From contig NMRA01000020.1 of the NCBI GenBank assembly GCA_002633005.1, positions 1,397,650 through 1,461,649 of the forward strand: a DNA stretch of 64,000 nt. The letters are read 5' to 3'. The DNA is from Phoronis australis (lineage: Eukaryota > Animalia > Phoronida). Position 1 is the stretch's first letter. Every line of letters starts with the position of its first letter. Below are positions 25,919-37,530 of the stretch, in pieces. The translations under genes and the position numbers were made by a program. Under the pieces are notes generated by a model. It was not told the DNA's origin. It ran no database searches and worked only from the letters and a program-made list of their open reading frames with translations.

Positions 25919-28900
25919 TACAATTTTTTGTATTTAAATACCAGCAAACCCAATTTGCTGCGAAGCTGTCATCATCTCCCGAGAGATATCGCAAATGGCG
26001 TGTGCACGTGTCACGACGGCGATAGACTTTCTTTGTTATAAAAGACGGAGAATTATGCAAAAATGCCATTTATTGGATTGTTTTTTCGCTTAAACCTTTG
26101 CAAGGGCAAGGCGAGTGCTTTTTGATTCGCAAAGATTCTGCATGCACACCACCGGTCGTTAGCTGTACTTATTTTGATATAAGTTTCACGACAAGGTGAC
26201 AAGCTGAGCTACCCGGGTTTTGTGAAATTGCATTGTCTAACGGAGCTCAGGACACGGCTACCTACCTGTAAGTTGACGATTAAGTCTTCATATAGCTAGC
26301 TGGCTTTCTATCTTAGTATGTACATTTATAATGTGACTTTTGCAAATACATTGTATACTTTTTATACTTCCATATTTTGCACGTTAAAGAATAGCTGATT
26401 ACCGTACATTATGTTACGGCAGGGTCAAATGTTCTGGAAAGAAAAAAATATTTTTACGGCCTGGGGAAAGAATCCCGCAGCCGCACACCCTGCCTAAATC
26501 TGACAGAAATTCTGATTGAAGTTTAAAATAAAACAGTCTCTTCAAGAAATATTCCTGTCTTTTTCGATGAACATTATGTTCACTTGAAGGTGTAATTATT
26601 TCCCCTCGGCATTTCCCATACACTAGCTGTTTAAGCACGGATAACGGCTAGTTATTTTTATAATCCTTGCTGCTCACAGAATCTTATGTGCACAAAAACA
26701 TTATGCCCAGATGTTCATAATCACATGGTTGTTTTTTCACGCAGTTCATCGTATTTTCCACACACTTAATTTCTTGATCACAGAACCTGTAAAATCTGTA
26801 TCCTTATCCCTTTAAAATACTAAGGAGTGCCTTCGAGTTTTCATTTAAGGCCCTTTTGCCCGAAAATGATGACTCCTTCATTTTTGACACTGGAGTTTCC
26901 AGACTAAGGTTTTGAAAGACAATACCAGACAGAATAAAGAAAATGAATTGGCATGCTTGTGGAAATTATGGAATTTTTTGAAAAATTTTGTTTTTTTAGA
27001 AAATGCAGTCACATGATTACAAACACCTGACCTTTCCTTCAGGTGATTCAGTGATTATCAAAGGTTTTCAAAATATGTAGTTTTATACAGCTACGATTAA
27101 TGCCAAAAAGTCATTGTTGAAGAAGGTGGACATTTTGTTCTCCAATGAAGTCACTAGGTGGCAGTTCACGTTCCCCTTTTCCTCTGCTTCAAGCTTAAAC
27201 CAGTTGTTGGGTTTTTCCATTTTTGTTATTTTGATGTAGAAGTTGTTTTCATTTTCTGCTGCTTTAAATATATTTCTTCACAGCTCATCACATCTGGAAT
27301 ACGCATCAACACTTGCAAGGGCCCTGCTGTCTGGATAATGTATATGTCTATTAGAAACTATTTTTATCTTATCCTGTTCAGGATACCTTTGAAAAATAGG
27401 AATATTTTAATTGCAAACTGTAGAAGCTCTAGTCTTGATGGACATAGATTTCTATTTTTCAATAAAGTTGTTTGTTGCATGACCTGAACAAAATTGTTTA
27501 ATAGTGGTGTTACATAGTTTACAGTAGCATTGTGGTTTTAATGTTGCCTTTTAACTTCACTTTCTCACTCCATAAAATCCCACCACACTAGGACACACCG
27601 TGGTAGATAAGTGAAATTTTATTTCTTTCATATGAGATAAGGAGCAACAAATAAATGATTTATCACTTCAAGTTGTACCTCATGGTCACTATCTTACGAT
27701 AAGTTGAGAACTTGTGAGCAATCACAATGTGAGATGTCTTTGAAAAATGAAAAATATCAATTTTCACTAATATTTTTGTCTGAAGTAGATGAGACTAATG
27801 TATTTGGCTGGCCCTGTAACTTTGTTTGCAGAATGTGCATTTTTGTTTCCCAAAATGTTTCTGAGTTTTGAAACTTGCTGATATTAATTTATAAAAGTAT
27901 TTCGCCTCTTGATGTACAATTCCTGGAATATCCTGCTTGCACGTTCTCAGAAGAGCATATTGGTTTTCTTCAAAGAGTGTAAGAATCTTCTGATTGCCTC
28001 AGTGCACTCGTCCTCATTTTGCAAGGCTAACTGGAACGAATTTTGTGTGCATTGCAGCCTGTCCTCATTAGTAAGCTTTCTTTTGGCATACTGAGTTGGT
28101 GAACTGGCGCTGCTAATTTCCTGCTTGCCAGTCCAAGGCTGTTTGGTTGATCGATCAGGCTTGGCATTAAGACATCCAGCGTATTCCTCCTCGATATGTC
28201 AAATGCATTGAACTCCTGCAATGCTTGAGGAGGTCAGAGTTAAAAATACTTTAAATCAATACTCAGTTGAAGCACAGGCTTGCTTAGCATCTTACCGTTT
28301 GCGGTTAATTTATTAGTAACCATTTAATATATCTCCCCTGCTGTGGCAAATTTTATTTATAAATTGATTTGATTAATGGTTGTTTGTAAGGCCAGAGAAG
28401 TATCAAGTTCTGGAATGATGGTAATTCTAGAACTGTGCGTATCATGCAATGTTTCTCACTAGAGGGCAGTGACTGAGGTTCTTCCTGCTGAAAGAAAATC
28501 ACATTCATCTGTTAGTGATTGCTTGTGGCCCGTAATAGATATTAATGATTTTAATGGAGGACTTGCCTTTGTAGGGTGCTTTCAAATACAGTGATTTTGG
28601 AGATTGATTCGTGGTTATGTTCAGTGCTCGGTTTACTTGTATGTTTGGCTTGCATTGTGCCGTAGGTGGACTTATGGGGTGGGGGGTGGGAGGGGAGGGG
28701 GTTGGGGTCCAAAAAATAAAGCAGCAAAAGTGTGTGGAAATATTGAGTTTTGCAAGATTTTACAATGTGTGGAGTTTTAGTTTGCGCGTGTGTGTGGGGC
28801 TCAGACCTGATTTCAAGTGTCTGATTCAGACAACCGGCACAATCGTAATGGTAACTATGACTAATTAATGCCGCTCCCAGTCAATATGCATGTGATATCC

Positions 28901-28997
28901 CAGGTGACTGGCAGTAGCGTTGCGCACTACCACTCCCATTCCATCGACTGCTGCATTGTGCAATGCAAAAAATTACTTCATTTTTATGTGCCCAAAC

Positions 28998-31248
28998 TTT
29001 TTTATGCGCCCACATATTTATATGTGGTCGCATATTGCTGTCATCTCTGTCTGTCCGGGCGTCCATTGTCCAGCGTCTGCAGCTGTATCTCCTAAATCCC
29101 TCACAGGATCTTGATGAGATTTGGCAGTTTTGTTCCTATGAAGCTCATAACAGATGACTACGAATTTCGGACCTCTCCAACTACCAGTGTGCTCCCTAGT
29201 GGCAATTATAGTTTTTTACGCTTACCTCTGTATCTTCCGAAGTCCTCAATGTATTTTCATATAATTTGGCATATAGGCATCTATTGGTGAGGTGAAACCA
29301 TCCTCTCATTTTCGGATGGATTCGACATAGTTTGCACCACCTAGTGGCCATTTTTACTGTTTTTCGAGTCTTGTTTTTTGGCGTCCACTCCTCTGTCAAC
29401 CAAACCGTTCTAAGGATGATTGTGAAAATTGGCATATATATTCTTACCATCAAGAGCATGGCTGACGATGATTTTCCAATGACTTCGGCTTCTGTGGCGC
29501 CTCCTAGTGGTAGTTTTTTTTTTTTGCACCCTTGGCTGTATCTCCTGAACCGTTTGCAGGATCTTTACTAAACTTACCAAGTGCATTTATATGATTTTTA
29601 CAACAGACAGTGGCGTGTTTTGCATAGATCGGAACTACCAGTGTGCTCCCTCGTGGTAATTTTAGTTTTTTACGTTTACCTTTGTACATTCAGAGGTCCT
29701 CAACCTATTTACATAAAATTTGGAATATAGGCATCTATTGGTGAGATGTCGCTATCCTCCCGTTTTCGGATGCATTCTAGGTATTTTGTGCCACCTAGTG
29801 GCCATTTTTACTGTTTTGGAGTCTGTTTTCTGGCATCCACTCCTCTGTCAACGAAACTGCTTTAAGGATGATTTTGAAAATTGGCATCACTTTTCTTAAT
29901 ATGAAAAGGATGGCTGACAATTTTGCTACAACTTCAACTACTGTGGCGCCTCCTAGAGGATTTTTTTGTGACCATGGCTGTATCTCCTAAATCGTTTGCA
30001 GGATTTTTTACTAAATTTAGCTAGTGTATTTATATGATGTTGACAACGGACGACAGTGACTTTCACATGGATCTGACTACCGATGTGCTGCGTAGTGACA
30101 ATTTTAATTTTCTATGTTTACTTCTGTATATTCAAAGATCTTCAACAGTTTTTTATAAAATTTGGAGTCTTTGAATCTATCGGTGAGATGACGCTTCATC
30201 CTCTCGTTTTCAGATGGAATCGAGGTATGTTGCACCATCTACTGGCCATTTTTGCTCTTTTCGAATGTTTTTCGAGTCCACCTCTCTATCAACCAAACCA
30301 TTCTAAGGATGATTTTTAAAGTTGGCATTCTCTGTGTGAAGAGGATGGTTGACAATGGCAACTTCGACTACTGTGGGGTCTCCTAGTAGTAGTTTTGTTT
30401 TGTGTTGCGCACATAGCTGTATCTCCTAAACCCTCTGCAGGTTCTTTATAAAATTTAGTGAGTGTATTTATATGAAGCTAACAACCGACAATGACGACTT
30501 TCACGCGGATCCAACGAATGCTGTGCTGCCTAGTGACAATTTCATTTTTTTCCATTTTCCTTTGTTTCTCTGAAGTTTCTTAACAGATTTTTATGAAATT
30601 CGATAAATAGCTTTCTAAAGCCATAACACTTTCCTGTTTTCGGATGGATTTGACGTTTTGGAATGACATTGATTGGACATTTTTGCACCATCTAGTGGCC
30701 ATTTTATGAAGCAAACAACCCTAGAACAGGGCTTGGAATTTTCCGCGGAAACGCGGATTTCCGCTTTTTTCAAATGTTCTGTCCGCACATTTTATTATAT
30801 TTCCGTGTAAAAAAAATCGGATTAGATATAAAATTTCCGCGCAAATTCCTCTTACCGCGGCGTTGCAGACGACGTTCACCTCGAAAAGCGGAAGTTGCTC
30901 TTTATGTTTCGGAGGAACGTAAATTGTCAACATTGCCGGGGCACCTGGGATTGCGTGGTGGGATTTTCAATGGCGTCTTGTGTTATTGTAAATCGCGGCG
31001 ACAAATACTACGGCTCTGCAGCCAAAAATTGTGGATTGGGAGTGGACGGACGAGGTAAAAGGACGCAGATGCGTGCTATTGATGTCGGGGAAAAGTTCAT
31101 ATGGACCATTTCAAGGCTGGGTAGCGCGCATGATTTGGGCCGTAAAAGTTTCCACGTTTTCTGTCATTGGTCATTCCAAGCCCTGCTAGAAGCATCCCGT
31201 TTGCGGTGCATTCGTGGGCGTATTTCAATACTCTGCATAGCTCTTGTT
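28998..31248 (+). mobile_element. HINE-like family A, copy 3 (inserted in a T-run of family B)
   Basis: ATGCGCCCAC at 29004 with 5' hairpin, about 11 internal units, and 3' end gtgggcgtatttcaatactctgcatagctcttgtt. A short duplicate 5' end lies at 28981-28997. Confidence 0.85.
30727..31185. mobile_element. 459-bp MITE with perfect 13-bp TIRs and 6-bp TSD (hAT-like termini)
   Basis: CAGGGCTTGGAAT ... ATTCCAAGCCCTG, flanked by CTAGAA on both sides. The empty site AACAACCCTAGAAG is visible in family A copy 1 (~2034-2047). Confidence 0.9.
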
Positions 31249-34200
31249 CAAAGTAAACGGAAGTTGAGTGACAAAGAAACAGAAGCTACTGGTAAGATGT
31301 AAAATTTAATCGAAGCCCGAGTGTTTCATTAAGAAAATCGTAAGTCTCTCTTTGTCAAGCATTAAAATCAAGATGATTTGCAAAGCAAGTGCATGGTTAC
31401 TGCCAACACGAAAAATGGATTTGGTCTGTTGTGGACAACTGAAGACTGTTTTAAACACGACTTCTGCTACGAACTGGTTGCACAAAATATAAAGCGTGCA
31501 ATAAACATTACGGAGAGAAGCAAGTTTGCGCGCTAACGCTGAGAAAACGAGTCTCTTAGCACGGTGTTGTAGTTGGAAGCATTGTGGCGCAATGGAAGAG
31601 TACGCACGCTCTGATCAATAGGTTGTGAGTTTGAATCCTTGCAATTTTACGAATTTTCCATTTTTAAATCACCTCGCCCAAGTAATACTGGCGAGGGCAG
31701 ATTATACTTCAGAAATCAAGGAAATACTTGTTTTCAGAGGCAAAAACAAAATTTTCCTGCTCGTCTCTACAATTGCACTTTGCACATTTTTCTACGAGAC
31801 AAAATGTTGCCCCCCCCTTATGACATCCTAGATCCGCCGTTGTCTGATGTTAAGTTTTGATCCCTCATTTTTGGTTTTAGACAATGTTGTAATTTGAAAT
31901 CGTATGATTGACCATATTTTTGTTACCTGAATGGGTGGCTTAGGTGGGCTCTTGTCTTGGAGTTGGAAAACATGCAAAATGTACTCATAATTTCCTTTAA
32001 TACATTATATTTCTTTCTGTTTGAAGTCAATACAATTATAGCCTAAGTTGAATTACAGTTTTATTCAACATGCGGTTATCATATGCTGGAATTGCCACCT
32101 GAGAGAATGTGATCTCTTTGTCAGGAAGCTTATGTGAGGTGAGTCCCAATGGGAAGTGCTCTCAGTACAAGTATGCCCAAGAACAAGAAAGTGTCAGCCA
32201 ATGCTACTTTCCCTGCAAGTCGGCCAAATAAGCCAGTTTTTGCTATTTAAACGACAGGTCACTCAAATAACTGGCTATTTACCCGATCTCATTGGTGGAT
32301 TTAATATATGACTTCACAGCTTATTGGTCAAATAATCACATATTTGCTTTTCATCCGACAAACTTTCAGCGATTTCATTGGTTAAGTGAGGTGTTAGCAG
32401 CTAATCAGAATGGAGAATTATATTTTGAAGTTCATCCTGATACTATTTTAAATGATAAAAATGCCCAAGTCGGTGACTTGAATGTGGAAATGACCGAGGC
32501 AGACAGATATTCAAAATGAAACCCATTGTACATGTCACACAGCTGCATGATTTCTACTCAATTTTCCTGAGCATCGGTGAACAATGCTATCAACTGCGTG
32601 GCCCCACTTATTTCTTTTTAAAAAATCAAAGCAAACAAGGTAAGCATGATTATCTATATGTTGTCACCTACACTGATCAAAGTTGACAACGTCGTGCGCT
32701 TTATCCATCTTTGTTTAGTGAAGTATATCTAATCGGTCATTTCATGCCACTCATAGTGACTGTGAAAATATTTTCTTTTTAAAATGTCAGCTACACCTGA
32801 CCTGTGTTGCACTTCCACAGCTGAGTTAGAGGACGACTAGAGTGGGATCTTATGCCATCTCAACAATGGACTCTTCGTGCTGCAGTTGAGGTCACTTATG
32901 GGAGGGGTCACCCCCCCTGTTCCAAAATGTACTTGGCCTTGAAGAAATCAAAGTTCCCACATTGCTGCCTTTGCTTGCACTTTTGTCTACAAACATTCAC
33001 AAACTTAAGATATTTGAAATGTTCCTTCTTCACAGCTGTTAAGAAATATGTCAGGATTAAAAAGAATCACGCTCAGTACTGTTCACGTAACATTCACTAG
33101 AATTCGCATTTGCAAATGAACTTTGCAAGGGGAATATATGGAAAAAATTCTTCAGTTTGGGACACAGTATGGCAGACAGGTGAAATTTCATTTTGTCTGC
33201 TATCTGAACAAAAATAACTTTTCAGTAAAATGTACTTTGCTGTTAGCATGGTTTGTATGGCATAGCTATTACCATACAAACTTAAAAGGATACCATACCC
33301 AGTTTTGGCGTGTTAACAGATACTATAAACAACTTTCCCATCCAATTCTCTGAAACACAATAATGCTTTGTAACCGTGGACAATCCTCAAAAGTTTGGAG
33401 GAAAATTTGAAAACTCCTTTCAAAGTGCTAAACAGGCAAACGTGACCTACGCTTTTACTGGATTACACAGCAAAAGTGTGTGAAAAGACCAGCAACCACG
33501 GACCATAATGTGACTGAACAAGGATTGGATGAAATTATCTATAAATAGGTGGGTTTAGTATCCTTCTAGTTCATATTTTGGGCATTTGTAACGACATGGG
33601 TAGCCACTGAAAAATAAAAATGTGACAATTTTAGCAATTATTTTTGTCCCTAATTGATTTTTTTACTGTAGATATGTGTTGAGCATACTGACATTTACAC
33701 AATACTGCTGATTTCTTTCATCTTTCTATTGTTCTTTAGCAATCAGTACAACTATTTTGATTTACTTGGGCATCGCAACTGTCACAAGCAACATTATGTG
33801 ATGTTGGATTGATTTTTGCCCGAACTGTTTATATATCCTACCACCCAACAGTGGTGACATAATGGTCGCAAAGAGTCTGTTAAAAATGCTGAAATGTATT
33901 CCACTGCTTTAAATCCATAAAAGAATACTGAATGGTGTTAACCAACAACCCTGTCGCCATCTAGTGACGTGATGTGTTTCATGATGTACCCACTATATTG
34001 GAAAATGGCTATTCGCTGTGTTAAAAACTGTTGGATAATATTAAAGGGTTATGATCGTCTATATCGTCGTTTGTACAGCCGTTATTGGGATTTTTACTAA
34101 ATGGGATAAACTTTTTGAAGTTATTAGCTTTGACCAGAGCTATGAAACAATAAAATCTGTTGTGTTTTCTGACTATATTAAAGATCGCCAATTCTCGCCG

Positions 34201-34856
34201 TGGTCTGCCAGACATTTGCTGAAATCAAGGCCGGTGAGTGTTACCAGACCATTAAAATACTCTGGCCTATAGCTACTGGGATCAGTAAAGGGTTTGGCAG
34301 AGGCACAAGAGTTTTAGATTAGTTTCCACACAGGAACTGAACTCAGAAAAAAATTCTCACCCGTAATCATGTCACTTCAAGTGCCACCTTTTTCGTGGCT
34401 CTCAAAGATGGGACTGTATGTGGCAACAAGCAACTTTCCCTGTCTCTTCGTGACTTTCAAATGAGTTTCTGGTTTTTTGATTTGTGCGAAGAATTCTCGC
34501 GTTAAAGGAAGACCCTGGGTGGTTTAAAACAATTATAGTAAAATCCTCTGGAAAATAATACCAGAAATGAAAATCTGATTCATTTTTTCAATTTACAATT
34601 TGGCAATTTAGTTGATTTTATAGAAGGAATTCTTACCTCATGCCGGAATATACATGAAACTAATGGTACTTGATGTTATTGCGGAAGCAGCGAAATCAGT
34701 CTATTTTTACATGAACATGCTTGCTGTCAACCTCCCTCCATTCAGCTCAATATTTTTGTCATTAGAGTTGAGAAACATGTTTTGAAGTTGACTTGCGATA
34801 TTTTTAAACAGCAGCATTACATTAGGGCTGGACTCTCTGGATGCTTCACATTAACA

Positions 34857-34904
34857 CTATTATTAGCTCAGCTGAATTGCTTGCGTGTTTACATCTATAT
34901 ATAG
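34857..34904. promoter_or_regulatory. Candidate promoter/enhancer: two MEF2 consensus sites flanking an E-box and a forkhead site
   Basis: CTATTATTAG 34857-34866, CAGCTG 34869-34874, TGTTTAC 34886-34892 and CTATATATAG 34895-34904. Both 10-mers fit CTA(A/T)4TAG. Confidence 0.45.
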
Positions 34905-35226
34905 CACAGCAGCAGCAGCAGCAGCTAGTGAAAAGATAATACTGTTTTTCTGAGGTCGGAATACCTCTCAGTTTTTCGCCTTGCAACAGATGAGGTGGAC
35001 GTGACTTCAGCATAGTCTCAATTTGTTCATTTCTCTGGGAGATTCCTTCACGAGGTTTACCGGTTTGGCAAGATTCTCGCTGGTTCTTGACTGTAGAACT
35101 TGTTAATGAACAAAACCAAATCAGCTAACTGATGTATCCGATGTAAGATTCATAGATTAGTTAACACAGCTTTCTGGAAAATCCTAGTTGTGTATTGAAG
35201 CTTCGTTGTGGAAGAGGTCTTTGAGA

Positions 35227-35272
35227 ATGAGACTCGAGCGTATCAAGATGGAAAATGGAGCCATATTTCAGT
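35227..35272 (+). CDS. Candidate alternative first coding exon of the HDAC gene (MRLERIKMENGAIFQ, phase 1)
   Basis: ATG at 35227, 15 codons plus 1 nt, then gtaaga at 35273. The phase matches the acceptor at 45975, and it lies ~320 bp downstream of a motif cluster. No homology or transcript evidence. Confidence 0.35.
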
Positions 35273-35539
35273 GTAAGATCTGTTTCTAATTTGCCTGTGT
35301 AAGTTCTAAGTAAAAATCAGATTTTCAACAATTTATGCTCAATAGAATGTAGTAAAATACGTCTTAACTTGTTATTTGCTGCTCATATGTAGTTCTTCTT
35401 CTTGTTTTTGAAATTGGGAAATTCACGATTATTCGGCAAGTTATGTAATGGAAGTTTTTTAGATTGTTTTAGATTCTTCTAATGCGATATTTGTTATGTG
35501 TTTATGGGCTGAAATCCCAGATACTGGGTGGGGGGGGGG

Positions 35540-35754
35540 NNNNNNNNNNNNNNNNNNNNNNNNNNNNNNNNNNNNNNNNNNNNNNNNNNNNNNNNNNNNN
35601 NNNNNNNNNNNNNNNNNNNNNNNNNNNNNNNNNNNNNNNNNNNNNNNNNNNNNNNNNNNNNNNNNNNNNNNNNNNNNNNNNNNNNNNNNNNNNNNNNNNN
35701 NNNNNNNNNNNNNNNNNNNNNNNNNNNNNNNNNNNNNNNNNNNNNNNNNNNNNN
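35540..35754. other. Assembly gap between poly-G runs
   Basis: Run of N. The right side ends CTAAATCTGCCGCTG, resembling the family B TIR. Confidence 1.
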
Positions 35755-37530
35755 GGGGGGGGCTTTATGGCCCCCCTCTAAATCTGCCGCTGAGATTACT
35801 GGCTGAGAGTGTATGTTAAGTCTGTAGGACCAGATACTGGCTGAGAGTGTAAGCTAATAATTGGTACAGAGCCTGTTCTTGAAAGGCTTTAGAATAAGAT
35901 TCTACGATTAGATGTACCTTCGTTGTGTCATTAATATGGCAAACTTTGTTAGATTATATCCATCTTGTTGTAAACCCACCCTGTATTAGTCTACCTCCAC
36001 TCACTTTTGGGTTATTCTTGCGGGTAAGCCCACCTTCTTGGATATAACCCCCCCCTTTCAATACATGTCAAACCATTGCCTTTCAGTTGCGACTTGTTGC
36101 TCATCGGGATCAGGTATTCATCGAATGTGTGACAGAAACCCATGTGCATATGCACGAATCTATGATACAAGCACATATGCTTATGCAGGAATGTGTGATA
36201 AGGCACATGTGCTTAATATGCACAAATATGTGATGTAAGCCCATTGTGCTTGTGCATGCATGAGTGGTATATTGGCCCATTTTGCCAGCAGTTTGTTTGC
36301 CACTCAATTTCACTTTTAAAGTGGGAATTCGTGTGACTAAATCTTATTCACGCTGCAACATAACCATAACCAAAGACCTTGTTCTTTCCCTGCAGGGGTG
36401 TTTGGTTGGAAGTAAGCTTTTTGTAATGAAAGTGCTAACAGCAACATTAGCAGTATTTGGGTAACTCCAACCACCCGAAAAAATGACGCTTGCACTGTTC
36501 ACATTATTGAGGTTTTTAGGTTCTAGCAAAAGACTGCTAGCCAGAAGGTGAACTTGGTATTTCTTTACGTGGGACACCCCCCTATTGATGGATTTGGGAC
36601 ACTCCCCTATTGATGCATTTGGGATGTCTTCCATTCTCTAACGATGTTTCTTGGATTTAAACACTGCCAACTTGTGTTTTGTTGCCACTGAGTTTGCTTC
36701 AGTTCTGGGATCAAATTTCGAGACTTGATGCAGGACACATCAAGTTACTGCAAACTGAAGTGATGAGTTGGGTGTTTCATCAAGCTTCTCTTTGGCAGTT
36801 TTAACTGCTGATTGACCTATCACCAGGATTTTGAGTGACGGCTTAGCTGACCAGTCAGAATACAACATTCTCGACACAGCTTCGTTTCCAAGCTATCATT
36901 TTACCCGACAACAACACGTTGCCGGGTAAAACTTATTGTTTGTTTGTCGACATTTTGCAAGGAGCAGAGCTTGCGATAAGTTAATTAGTGTACTCGTAAC
37001 ATTGCACCTTATTATTGGGTGTAAATAATAAGTTAAATTTATTTTACCATTAACTTATACGAAGATGCACTGTCAAAGAATTATACGGTACTATATCTAG
37101 GTTAATGCTCACGTTTGGCGTAATGCCCTTCCTAGAATTTTCAGTAATTAAGCAAGTCTTTGTTCCGTTGGCATCCTAAATGTTTATGTTTCACATTTTT
37201 ATGTTTCCCTTTTTTATTCCCTAGGTATTAACTCGAACAATTATTGTAATACAGTACAGCTTATCTTTGATCATTTGTTTAATATCTTGATCATTTTTGC
37301 TGAATTCTGCTAATTCGCTCAATATACAGTTCATGATTATCGATTGCTAGTGTTTAACCATATCCCACCCCCAGTGTGTTCGTGACGCTGTTGTTAATAA
37401 CATGGCTTTGTTCAGTTACTGATACAGATTTTTGTGTTTTGAGACTCTAATTAACCAACGTTAATGATGTCATAACTTTAAGATGTAGTTTAACACTGTA
37501 GCCTGTCATCGGTCTCAATGTTGGTAACTA

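Larger units (their letters stand above)
28661..31842. mobile_element. Family B TIR element, copy 2, split by nested insertions
   Basis: The left part (to ...aattacttcattttt ~28985) and right part (31249-31842, ending TCCTAGATCCGCCGTTG) join to match copy 1 across ...cacttcattttttaaagaaaatggaac. Confidence 0.75.

Noticed and set aside
29000-30720. Regularly spaced conserved motifs resembling a CRISPR array
   Set aside because: The spacers are themselves homologous repeats, there are no cas genes, and the locus is a spliced eukaryotic gene.
30895-31302. 135-aa ORF as a transposase
   Set aside because: It crosses three different nested elements and has no DDE or Zn-finger motif.
31578-31645. 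tRNA gene
   Set aside because: Only A/B-box-like remnants; no complete cloverleaf or acceptor stem.
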